From positions 1-43,999 of the IMG/VR virus record IMGVR_UViG_3300003969_000013: a stretch of DNA of 43,999 bases; one strand, given 5' to 3'. Shown here one piece after another: positions 35,757 to 43,999 of the stretch. Every line of letters starts with the position of its first letter. Within the stretch, counting starts at the first letter, position 1. This stretch comes from a virus (lineage: Duplodnaviria; Caudoviricetes). A program made the position numbers and the translations under genes. The notes beneath the pieces are model-generated. The model made no database searches. It was given only the letters and a program-made list of their open reading frames with translations, and was not told where the DNA came from.

Positions 35757-36131
35757 ATGACCTGGAATTATCAGCCGGAGGCTCCCTTGAGCCTCGGAAC
35801 GATGAATTGCATCGACACGCGCCGGATTATCGCCGGGCAGCACGGCCTAAGCCTCGGCGAAATGCGCGCGCTTCATGCGACGCTAGTGACGTGGCTTGAG
35901 CCGCTTAAATGGGTGCGCGATGCCGCCACCCGGCAGGCTGCCCACGAAGGCCCCTGCGCTGCACTCAGCCTCGCTGACAATATCGAAGGGGCTATTCACG
36001 ACACCGGGATCGAGGATGCCGTCAACACCCTGGCCGACCAAATCCGCGAAGCCGAAGGCGGGGTATCCGGCCCGGTCCACCTGTCCGCGTTTTTCCCGAC
36101 CGCTGCCGAAATGCGGGGGCGCGCTGCATGA
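35757..36131 (+). CDS. Hypothetical protein
   Basis: GAGGA RBS, operon context. Confidence 0.6.
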   Translation: MTWNYQPEAPLSLGTMNCIDTRRIIAGQHGLSLGEMRALHATLVTWLEPLKWVRDAATRQAAHEGPCAALSLADNIEGAIHDTGIEDAVNTLADQIREAEGGVSGPVHLSAFFPTAAEMRGRAA

Positions 36132-36424
36132 CCGCCGCCCGCTGCCCTTACGTCGCCTCGCTCACCGAGGAAGCCCCTTTCAGCGACCCTATCGGCGCTT
36201 GGGCCTATCTGCTGTGGGGCGCGCTCTCGGTCCTGAATGATCCGCAATCAAGCCAACAGGATTTCCACGACGCGCTGAAAACGGTCGATGAGATCGGCCA
36301 GCACTGCCCGGTGCCCGCCATTTCGCGCCGGGCGCGGGCGATCATCGCCTCGATCTTCTGGCGGCTCCATCCGCCGCCGCCCCTGCCGCCCTGTCTTCCC
36401 CCGCCCGGCCCGGAGGCCGCTTAG
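36128..36424 (+). CDS. Hypothetical protein
   Basis: ATGA coupling. Confidence 0.55.
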   Translation: MTAARCPYVASLTEEAPFSDPIGAWAYLLWGALSVLNDPQSSQQDFHDALKTVDEIGQHCPVPAISRRARAIIASIFWRLHPPPPLPPCLPPPGPEAA

Positions 36425-36426
36425 CC

Positions 36427-37308
36427 ATGCCCTATGATAATTCGCCCGATATTGTCGTCGTTCGCGCGTCGTCGCTTTCTGGTTACTCAGATTGCCCCCG
36501 CCGCGCCGCCGCCCGCATGTTCCGCCGGGAGATCATTGCCGCCGGGTTTGACTTGCGCGAAACCCCGCCCGGTATCGGTGCAGCTATCGGAACCGCCGTT
36601 CATAAAGCGGCTGCCGTCATGCTGGCCGAAAAGGCCGAAAGCGGCACGCTCCCGCCGTCTGACGTGACCGACGACGCGGCGATTGAAACCCTGCGCGAGC
36701 AAACCGCCCCCGGCATTCTGTTCGACCGGGAAAGCCCCGAAATCAACGCCGCCGAATTGCAGGTGCGGCGCATGGCCCGCGCCTACCGCGATGGCGTCGC
36801 CCCGGATATTCAGCCCCTCCTGGTCGAGGAGCGCCTGGAAGCGCAGGTCACGCCGGAGCTTGCCCTCTCCGGACAAGCCGACGTTATCGCCCGTGAACCG
36901 GGCCGCGTCCGGGATCTGAAAACCGGCAAACGCTTGGGCAATCATGCCCCGCAGATCGGCGCTTACTCCCTGCTGGCCCGTACCCCGACCGAGGCGAACC
37001 CGGAGGGCGTCGATGTGCAGGAAGCGGCAATTGATTGGGTGCCGCGCGTCTCCAGCAAAAAGCCGCAGCCCACGCCCGAGCAGCACCGCCACGATGTCGC
37101 CCGCTGCGAAACCGCCGCCCTGGCCGTCCTGCGCCACATCGAGAGCGATCTGAAGGTTTTCCGCGAAGGCGATTTTACGCGCGGCGTTCTGCCCGGCGAC
37201 CCGTGGGCCTTTGTTGCCAACCCGTCATCGATGCTGTGCGGAGAGAAATACTGCCCGGCCCACGGCACGAGCTTTTGCCACGAGCACGCCAAGAAAGAAG
37301 AGGAATAA
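36427..37308 (+). CDS. PD-(D/E)XK exonuclease (RecB/Cas4-like)
   Basis: N-terminal CPR, GTAVH, GQAD...DLKTG, QIGAY, C-terminal C..KYC...C cluster; precedes RecT. Confidence 0.85.
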   Translation: MPYDNSPDIVVVRASSLSGYSDCPRRAAARMFRREIIAAGFDLRETPPGIGAAIGTAVHKAAAVMLAEKAESGTLPPSDVTDDAAIETLREQTAPGILFDRESPEINAAELQVRRMARAYRDGVAPDIQPLLVEERLEAQVTPELALSGQADVIAREPGRVRDLKTGKRLGNHAPQIGAYSLLARTPTEANPEGVDVQEAAIDWVPRVSSKKPQPTPEQHRHDVARCETAALAVLRHIESDLKVFREGDFTRGVLPGDPWAFVANPSSMLCGEKYCPAHGTSFCHEHAKKEEE

Positions 37309-37311
37309 TCC

Positions 37312-38361
37312 ATGACCCGCCCGCAAATCGCCGCGCCGCAGGGTGCTAAAGGCGACGCGCCCAAGCAGCCCCCGCGCATTCAGGACATGCTGCAATCGCC
37401 CGATATGGTGAAGCGAATGCAAGCCGTGCTGCCGCGTCACCTGTCCCCGGAACGGATGCTCCGCGTAATGGCGCAGGCCGTTTTCAAAACCCCCAAGCTG
37501 GCCGAATGTCATCCAATGACGCTCTTGGGCGCGATGATGGCGTGCGCCTCGCTTGGGCTGGAGCCTAACACGCCGCTCGGTCACGCCTACCTGATCCCCT
37601 TCGAGAAGCGGAAGAAGGTCGGCAACGATTGGGTCACGGAGCGCGTCGATGTGAACCTCATCATTGGCTACAAGGGTCTGATTGACCTCGCCCGACGCTC
37701 TGGCGATCTCGAATCTATCCATGCCGATGTTGTGTACGAGGGGGACGAATTTTCGTTTGAGTATGGGACCAACACCCATCTACGCCATGTCCCGACAGGC
37801 GACCGCGAAGGCCGTATCCCGAAGTGGGCCTATGCCCACGCGAAGCTGAAGGGTGGCGGGCAAGGGTTCGAGGTGCTGCCCTACATCGAAGTACTGAAAA
37901 TTCGCAACGCCAGCCAAGGGTATCAGCAAGCCTCTCGCCAGCGTGATGGCGGCAAATCGAGTCCCTGGATTGCGTTTGAGCACGAAATGGCGGTCAAAAC
38001 CATGATCCGCCGGCTGAGCAAGTTCCTCCCCGCGTCTATCGAATTTGCGAACGCTGCCGAACTGGACCGGATGAGCGACGGGGGTAGCGCAAACCTAGCC
38101 GTGTTCTCGGATTTGCGGGATAGCACCGGGTTCGATGCAAGCCTTGCCCTGACCCAAACCGCCGAGGCCGAAATCACGCCGACGGTGGATGCGGGCGAAG
38201 GCGAGCCCCAAGCCGAGCCGGTACAGCAGGCAGCCCCGGCACCGCAACAGCAGCCCGCAAAGCGCGCCGCACAACAGCAAGCGCCCGCTCAAGCCGCCGC
38301 ACCGCCCCCCCCATCCGACGAACCGCCACCCCCGTCCTCTGACGATTTTTTTGGGGAGTAA
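37312..38361 (+). CDS. recT: RecT-family single-strand annealing recombinase
   Basis: LGLEPNTPLGHAYLIPF, IGYKGLIDLARRSG, EMAVKTMIRRLSKFLP. Confidence 0.93.
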   Translation: MTRPQIAAPQGAKGDAPKQPPRIQDMLQSPDMVKRMQAVLPRHLSPERMLRVMAQAVFKTPKLAECHPMTLLGAMMACASLGLEPNTPLGHAYLIPFEKRKKVGNDWVTERVDVNLIIGYKGLIDLARRSGDLESIHADVVYEGDEFSFEYGTNTHLRHVPTGDREGRIPKWAYAHAKLKGGGQGFEVLPYIEVLKIRNASQGYQQASRQRDGGKSSPWIAFEHEMAVKTMIRRLSKFLPASIEFANAAELDRMSDGGSANLAVFSDLRDSTGFDASLALTQTAEAEITPTVDAGEGEPQAEPVQQAAPAPQQQPAKRAAQQQAPAQAAAPPPPSDEPPPPSSDDFFGE

Positions 38362-38367
38362 CCGACC

Positions 38368-40065
38368 ATGCGCCTCATGATCCGAAACTTCGGCTCGCTG
38401 GAGCGGGCCGATGTGACCCTCTCCGATAAAATCACGCTGATTGCCGGACGCAACGGGGCTGGGAAATCCACCACGGCCCGCGCGCTCGCCATGCTCCTCG
38501 CCGGTGTGACTATCCCAGAAGGGCTGCTCAAGAAAAACTCGGCCGACATTGTGCGGGACGGCCAAGCCGCAGGCTCCATCGCGCTGATGATCGGCGAAGG
38601 CCAGTCTATCAGCATCGCCTATCCATCGGCGCAGCGGGCGACCACCGGCAGCGATTTGCCCTATGCCTCGCACATCGCCGCCGGGCTCACGTCATGGGAA
38701 AGCCTGAAATCCGACGAGCGCGCCCGCCTGCTGGCCGACCTGTTGAAGACAGCGCCGACTGAAGCGGACCTTGCCGCTGTCCTGGCCGATAGCGGATTGA
38801 GCGCGGAGGAAGCCGCCGCCGTCTGGAAGGAGATCGGCTCTATCGGCTGGGCGAATGCCGAAAAATCTTACAAGGAGGCGGCAAGCCGCGCGAAAGGCGC
38901 TTGGCAACGCATCACCGGCGAGAACTGGGGATCGAATAAAGCCGCGATGTGGCGTCCGCCTAACTGGACGCCCGACCTGATGGATGCGACGAAGAGCGGT
39001 CTCGAAGCTGCCGTAAAGCGCGCCGAAACCGAGCGCGACAAGGCCGTCGCGGGCGCTGCGGTCGATAGTGCCAAGCTCGAAGAATTGCGGGCGAAAGCCG
39101 CTACTCTTGACGGGATTACGTCCGAAGCGGAAGCCGCCCGAAAAGCCCGCGACAGCGCGGAGAGTGCTCTTCAAAAAGCGATCCAAGCACGATCCGAAAT
39201 GCCCTTGGTCGAGGGGCACGGTGCGCAGGCTGTGCCCTGCCCGTGCTGTGGCGAAAACCTGCTCGCACGGCGGGACCATCGCACCCAGGAACTCAGGCTG
39301 GCTAAGGCCGTCGAACTGTCGTTTTCAGAGAAGAAGGCTCTGGAACTGGATTTGGCGGGCGCAGATGGCAAAGTCGAAAACTGCCGGGGAGCGCTCGGCG
39401 AAGCCGAAAAGAAACTCGCCGCAATCAGTGCCGCATTCGAGGCCGCCGCGAGCGCCGCAGACGAGCTCGCACAAGTCTCTGGCCGCACCGGATCGATGGA
39501 CGCGATCACGACCGCTACCGATGCCCTGAAGGCCGCGCAAGCCCGCTTTAAAGCCTGGAACGACGCAAACGCCGCCAAGGAGGAATATCAAAAGTGGGCG
39601 CGTGCCGACGCCATCGCGACGGCTCTCAGCGATACCGGCGTGCGGAAAACCAAGCTTGAGCGCGTGCTGTCGATGTTCGCCGCTAGCTGGCTAGCCCCGC
39701 TCTGCGACGGCGCGAAATGGGCGCGCGTCGAGATCGGGCCCGACCTGACCCCGACCTATGGCGGCAGGGCTTGGGCGCTGCTGTCGGAAAGCGAGCGCTA
39801 CCGGGTCGAGGTGATCCTGCGCATCGCCATCGCCAAGTTGGACGGCTCCTCGCTCGTCATCATCGACCGCGCCGACGTGCTTGACCAAGGCAACCGCAAC
39901 GGCCTGCTTGGGATGATCTCCCGACTTGAGGATCTACCCGCCGTCGTCTGCATGACCGCGCGCCGCGAAGCCGTGCCGGATCTGTCCGCCCGCAATCTCG
40001 GGCTCTCGTACTGGATCGAGGACGGCACCGCCGCGCCGATCACTGCACAAGCGCAAGCCGCCTAA
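38368..40065 (+). CDS. Rad50/SbcC-like coiled-coil ATPase
   Basis: Walker A GRNGAGKST, central CPCC zinc hook, LSESE, IIDRADVLD. Confidence 0.8.
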   Translation: MRLMIRNFGSLERADVTLSDKITLIAGRNGAGKSTTARALAMLLAGVTIPEGLLKKNSADIVRDGQAAGSIALMIGEGQSISIAYPSAQRATTGSDLPYASHIAAGLTSWESLKSDERARLLADLLKTAPTEADLAAVLADSGLSAEEAAAVWKEIGSIGWANAEKSYKEAASRAKGAWQRITGENWGSNKAAMWRPPNWTPDLMDATKSGLEAAVKRAETERDKAVAGAAVDSAKLEELRAKAATLDGITSEAEAARKARDSAESALQKAIQARSEMPLVEGHGAQAVPCPCCGENLLARRDHRTQELRLAKAVELSFSEKKALELDLAGADGKVENCRGALGEAEKKLAAISAAFEAAASAADELAQVSGRTGSMDAITTATDALKAAQARFKAWNDANAAKEEYQKWARADAIATALSDTGVRKTKLERVLSMFAASWLAPLCDGAKWARVEIGPDLTPTYGGRAWALLSESERYRVEVILRIAIAKLDGSSLVIIDRADVLDQGNRNGLLGMISRLEDLPAVVCMTARREAVPDLSARNLGLSYWIEDGTAAPITAQAQAA

Positions 40066-40097
40066 CCCAAACAAAATCCCCTCTCAGGAGTTCCATT

Positions 40098-40571
40098 ATG
40101 GATTCGATCAACGCCGCCTCCCTATCACGCCCAAACATTAAGCGCCGTCGCGGCAGCCGGGGCAGCCCGGACGGCAAACCCAACCCGATCGATATTCACG
40201 TCGGTAGCCGCGTTCGTCTGCGCCGCACGCTTCTCGGCATGAGCCAGGAAAAGCTAGGCGAGGCCATCGGCCTGACGTTCCAGCAGGTGCAGAAGTACGA
40301 GCGCGGGGCGAACCGCATCGGCGCAAGCCGCCTGTTTGAGCTGTCGCGGGTGCTGGACGTGCCAGTCTCGTTCTTCTTCGACGATATGAACATTGAGACC
40401 AGCGGCGGACCGGTGCCCGGCCTGTCGGCTGCTGCACCTGACTTCGATACCGCTGCTCTGACGCGCCGCGAAATCCTTGAACTCGCTAAGGCCTTCGACC
40501 GGATCAAAGACGAGAAGGTTCGGAAAAGCGTTCTCGAACTCACAAAGGCCCTCGGGCGGGAGGCGTCATAA
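40098..40571 (+). CDS. XRE-family HTH transcriptional regulator
   Basis: PNPIDIHVGSRVRLRR...GLTFQQVQKYERGANRIGASRL. Confidence 0.92.
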   Translation: MDSINAASLSRPNIKRRRGSRGSPDGKPNPIDIHVGSRVRLRRTLLGMSQEKLGEAIGLTFQQVQKYERGANRIGASRLFELSRVLDVPVSFFFDDMNIETSGGPVPGLSAAAPDFDTAALTRREILELAKAFDRIKDEKVRKSVLELTKALGREAS

Positions 40572-40855
40572 TGCACAAGCCCTACCTTGAGCGTAAGGCG
40601 GCAGAGTTCCGCCCCGCGCATTGGCTTGGCGCATCGGCTAAGTCAAAACCGGGCAAACGGCAGAAGGCAATCTTGCGCCATACCCGCTCTCGATTAGCAA
40701 TGCAGGATGCCCGCAGCCAGGGCATGCGCTGCGGGAACTGCCGCTCATACCGAGCCGAAAACGGCAGAGCGTGGTGCGAGCGCCATAGCGATGCCGGGGG
40801 CTATGTCGTGGCGAAGGCCGATGGAATATGCGCCCAACATCGGGAGGCCGTGTGA
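40571..40855 (+). CDS. Hypothetical Cys/His (Zn-binding) protein
   Basis: CGNC...CERH...CAQH; TAATG coupling. Confidence 0.6.
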   Translation: MHKPYLERKAAEFRPAHWLGASAKSKPGKRQKAILRHTRSRLAMQDARSQGMRCGNCRSYRAENGRAWCERHSDAGGYVVAKADGICAQHREAV

Positions 40856-40944
40856 TGCCTGACCTCATCTCGATCATCCTCAGCATCGTTGAGTTCGTTG
40901 CCGACCTCGCAAAATCGCTCAAGGAGCGAACCCATGAAAGATAA
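40855..40944 (+). CDS. 29-aa amphipathic peptide
   Basis: MPDLISIILSIVEFVADLAKSLKERTHER; GGAGG RBS, TGATG coupling. Confidence 0.45.
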   Translation: MPDLISIILSIVEFVADLAKSLKERTHER

Positions 40945-41614
40945 CATCGAAAAGGCGATCCAGCGGGCGGAGATGCTGGATTTCCCGCCGCCCTATGTTT
41001 TCGCGCTCCAAATGAGCGCGCCGATGGTGCTGGCGCTGCTGCGGGAAGTGCTGCGAGAGCCTGGCGGCAAGCGTGAAACCCGCCGCTTTGAAACGCCAAT
41101 TCTCCGGGCTGCCGAGCGCGCGCAAGCGGAGGGGCGGGAGTTGCAGGCATGGGTTCGTGAGGGATGGCAAGCGTGGAAGGACTTTGACGACAAGCCCCCG
41201 AGAGACATTCCCCGGAAGGCGGTTGTTCTGTACATGGCAGACCGCCCGAACTCCCTTTGGGATAGCGCCAGACGCGCGCCCTTCCATATGCCTCGTTGGG
41301 CAAGCCGCATTACGCTTTTGGACGTGACGATCCGGCGCGAAAAGCTCGGTGATATTTCCGCAGAGAGCGCCCTAGCGGAAGGCGTTTGCTGGTCTGATCG
41401 CTGGCAAGGCTTGGTGGTTCCGGGCGTAGAGCACACGAATAAGGATTTCCCCGTTCTCTCGAGACCGACCGCGCGGGAAATGTACGCCGCTCTATGGGAC
41501 CACCTTCACGGCCCCGGCGCATGGGAAACCGATAAAGACCGCGAGGTCATGGTGATCGGCTTCCGGCCCGTGCTCGCCAACATCGACGGAATTGGAGCCG
41601 AGCATGGGCGCTGA
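40934..41614 (+). CDS. Phage protein with ASCH/PUA-like C-terminus
   Basis: HMPRWASRITL...LGDISAESALAEG...W...V.VIGF; AAGGAG RBS. Confidence 0.65.
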   Translation: MKDNIEKAIQRAEMLDFPPPYVFALQMSAPMVLALLREVLREPGGKRETRRFETPILRAAERAQAEGRELQAWVREGWQAWKDFDDKPPRDIPRKAVVLYMADRPNSLWDSARRAPFHMPRWASRITLLDVTIRREKLGDISAESALAEGVCWSDRWQGLVVPGVEHTNKDFPVLSRPTAREMYAALWDHLHGPGAWETDKDREVMVIGFRPVLANIDGIGAEHGR

Positions 41615-42662
41615 AACCAAGATCGAATGGGCGCGGCATACGTTTAATCCCTGGTGGGGCTGCTCGAAAATATCGCTCGGTTGCGCCAACTGCTACGCGG
41701 AAGCGCTCGACAAGCGCACGGGCGGCGGGCATTGGGGGCCGAAGTCGGATCGTCGGCGCACGGGCCCCGACAATTGGAAACTGCCCCTCCGCTGGAACCG
41801 CAGGGCGGCTGCCGAGGGCAAGCGCTACCGGGTCTTTTGCGCCAGCATGGCGGACGTGTTTGACGATCACTCGTCGATCTTGCCGGAGTGGCGTGAGGAT
41901 CTATGGGCACTGATCGAGGAGACACCGTACCTTGATTGGCTACTGCTGACCAAACGCCCCGCCAACATCAGGACGATGATCCCCGAACGCTGGCGGGACC
42001 GGCTACCAGATCACGTCGCCGTGGGCGCGACCGTCATCAATCAGGCCGAGGCGGACGCCAACATTTTGAAGTTGCTCATGGTCCCGGCGCGGGTAAGGTT
42101 TCTGTCGATGGAGCCGCTGCTTGGGCCGGTCGATCTGACCAGGATCGTTCTGGGCACGGGAGATGCTGATTTGCCCGCCAGCCCCGAAATCCAAAAGATC
42201 ACGTTCACAATGAACGCCCTGACGGGCGCGCCCAAGACAGGTATTCCGGGGCTGGATTGGGTGATCGTCGGAGGCGAAAGCGGTCCCGGCGCCCGCCCGA
42301 TGCACCCGGATTGGGCGCGCCAGATCCGCGACCAATGCGCCGCTGCTGGTGTGGCGTTCTTCTTCAAGCAATGGGGGGAATGGGCACCGCTGAACGGCGC
42401 GGTCAATTGGTGGGAAATTGACGATAATCTGGAGGTCAGCCGCTTTGATCATCTCCAATGGTACGAAGACGAGCGCTCTTGGAGCATATCGTTCCGGCCT
42501 TTGTGGTGTGATTTTTCGGACGGCAATATTGACCGAGAACAGACGGTCGCGCGCATCGGCAAACGCCTCGCCGGGCGGCGGCTCGACGGCGTGACCCATG
42601 ATGCCACTCCGTTCATCGCAGAATCTACTACCGCCGCCCGCAAGGATTTCGGCAATGCCTAA
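41604..42662 (+). CDS. DUF5131 (phage Gp37/Gp68) family protein
   Basis: TKIEWARHTFNPWWGC...GCANCYA, VFCASMADVF, LLTKRP, SMEPLL, WVIVGGESG, FFKQWG. Confidence 0.92.
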   Translation: MGAETKIEWARHTFNPWWGCSKISLGCANCYAEALDKRTGGGHWGPKSDRRRTGPDNWKLPLRWNRRAAAEGKRYRVFCASMADVFDDHSSILPEWREDLWALIEETPYLDWLLLTKRPANIRTMIPERWRDRLPDHVAVGATVINQAEADANILKLLMVPARVRFLSMEPLLGPVDLTRIVLGTGDADLPASPEIQKITFTMNALTGAPKTGIPGLDWVIVGGESGPGARPMHPDWARQIRDQCAAAGVAFFFKQWGEWAPLNGAVNWWEIDDNLEVSRFDHLQWYEDERSWSISFRPLWCDFSDGNIDREQTVARIGKRLAGRRLDGVTHDATPFIAESTTAARKDFGNA

Positions 42663-42713
42663 GCTCATGTCGAAAATCCGCCCCGGTTTTCGATGTGGCG
42701 GGAGGGGAGACGG

Positions 42714-43010
42714 ATGAGCGACTATCTGACCCTGATTGAAATAGCCCGGCATTTCGGGGTCTCGGTGCCGACGATCCGGGGTGCAATCACACGCCACGCC
42801 GTCGGATTTCGTGTCGGCAAGAATTGGCGCTTCAGCCGGGACGATCTAACCACCCTTGAAATCAAACTCCGGGAGGAACGCAAGCCGTGCCCCTCAAAGT
42901 CTGCCCCCCGCACAAAAACTCGAAAAACTACCGTATCCGGGGCACAGTCCGGGGCGTCCGCGTTGACACAAGCGCGGGCACAGATAATCGCGCTGCGGCA
43001 GAGGAGCTAA
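42714..43010 (+). CDS. xis: Excisionase-like HTH DNA-binding protein
   Basis: YLTLIEIARHFGVS...RVGKNWRF; directly upstream of integrase. Confidence 0.75.
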   Translation: MSDYLTLIEIARHFGVSVPTIRGAITRHAVGFRVGKNWRFSRDDLTTLEIKLREERKPCPSKSAPRTKTRKTTVSGAQSGASALTQARAQIIALRQRS

Positions 43011-43999
43011 GGGCGCGACTTGAAGCCCAACTGCTGGATCAAACGATCCACGGGGCACCACAGGAAAGGCCGCGAGCCCCGGCGGAAATACCCTTCGCCG
43101 AGGCTTTCTTGGTTTACGTTGGAGCCCCCGACAGGTCGATTGAGGAAAAACTGCGGGCAGCGCCGCTGCTGGATTATTTTCAGGAAATGCCGCTCGGCAA
43201 AATAGATGCCGCCGCAATCGCCGCCTATTCGCTCAAGCGCTGGCCAAATGGGGCGGCCAGTTCGACGGTCAATCGCCTCGTCTATACCCCCCTGATCGCA
43301 GCCATGAAGGGCGTGGGCTATACCCTAAATGTGCAGCGCCCCAAGGCACGGCAGGGGCGAACCGAGTTCCTGACGACGACACAACTTAATGCGCTCCTTG
43401 ACGCTGCCTCGCCCCATCTCAAAGACATTATCCTCTTTATGATTTGTACCGGCTGCCGCCTGGGCGAAGCTCTAAGGCTGCAATGGTCCGACGTTGATTT
43501 GCGATCCGCCCGCGCGACGATCTATCAAGGTAAGACCCGCCGGAGCCGAGGCGTCCCACTGATACCCGAAGCCGTCGCCATGCTGGGGAATCTGCCGCAC
43601 CGAGACGGGGCGGTTTTCCGAACCGACAAGGGCGATGCCTACAGCATCTCGACGCGATGGGGCGGGCCGATCAAAAAGGCCTGGCACAATGCCTGCGTTA
43701 AAGCCGGGCTCTATGTGGATGTCCGCAAGATTAATCCTGCGACCAAGGCCGTGACGACGATCAAAAAGCACATCTTCACGCCTCACCATATCCGCCACAC
43801 CTTTGGGAGTTGGCTTACCCAACGCGGGGTAAACCAGAAAACGCTATCCGAACTTATGGGGCACACGACGCTTCAGATGACGGCCCGCTACTCCCATCTG
43901 CACCCAGAGCATTTGCGCGCCGCCGCCGGCCTAATTGGGGAAAATTTGGGAAGTGGCTTTGGGGAGCCTCCTAACCCTTTGATCCGCAAGAGGGGCTAA
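42887..43999 (+). CDS. int: Tyrosine recombinase / phage integrase
   Basis: TGCRLGE, GKT, HHIRHT, MGH, RY catalytic set; GGAGG RBS, GTG start. Confidence 0.95.
   Translation: MPLKVCPPHKNSKNYRIRGTVRGVRVDTSAGTDNRAAAEELRARLEAQLLDQTIHGAPQERPRAPAEIPFAEAFLVYVGAPDRSIEEKLRAAPLLDYFQEMPLGKIDAAAIAAYSLKRWPNGAASSTVNRLVYTPLIAAMKGVGYTLNVQRPKARQGRTEFLTTTQLNALLDAASPHLKDIILFMICTGCRLGEALRLQWSDVDLRSARATIYQGKTRRSRGVPLIPEAVAMLGNLPHRDGAVFRTDKGDAYSISTRWGGPIKKAWHNACVKAGLYVDVRKINPATKAVTTIKKHIFTPHHIRHTFGSWLTQRGVNQKTLSELMGHTTLQMTARYSHLHPEHLRAAAGLIGENLGSGFGEPPNPLIRKRG

Larger units (their letters stand above)
1..43999. mobile_element. Temperate myovirus-type prophage (HK97 head + Mu-like tail), extends beyond left edge
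   Basis: Complete lambdoid gene order from integrase to baseplate; att sites, tail fibre and lysis genes not seen in window. Confidence 0.95.

Noticed and set aside
36427-37308. Cas4-like nuclease suggesting CRISPR-Cas
   Set aside because: No repeat-spacer array or other cas genes; context is RecT recombination
43930-43999. Attachment site or tRNA target
   Set aside because: The window ends at the integrase stop; no tRNA or direct repeat could be identified
1-43999. Lysis cassette, tail fibre, diversity-generating retroelement
   Set aside because: No endolysin, holin, fibre or reverse transcriptase recognised; lysis and fibre genes probably lie beyond the left edge, so absence cannot be claimed

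Overview
The window is most of a temperate prophage, probably from an alphaproteobacterial (Rhodospirillales-like) host. It runs from the baseplate genes (left edge, truncated) to the tyrosine integrase (right edge). The minus strand carries an HK97-type head module (terminase, portal, MuF, protease, capsid) joined to a Mu-like contractile tail with a PAAR tip, plus the replication/early-right genes. A cI/cro switch with four 17-bp operators sits at 32.6-35.4 kb, and a plus-strand early-left operon follows (exonuclease, RecT, Rad50-like ATPase, DUF5131, Xis, Int). The most unusual elements are: (1) a three-gene cluster upstream of terminase (ParB, ParB-fused SAM-transferase, CmoA-like enzyme) behind a hairpin-rich leader, a candidate new DNA hypermodification system; (2) an AT-rich antisense cassette encoding an ABC-ATPase-TOPRIM protein and a Dam-like methylase, a candidate defence system; (3) a MuF protein with a GNAT-like C-terminal domain and a small downstream partner; (4) a C5 methyltransferase whose motif IX lies in a nested alternative frame. 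All calls come from motif recognition by eye; no searches were run.
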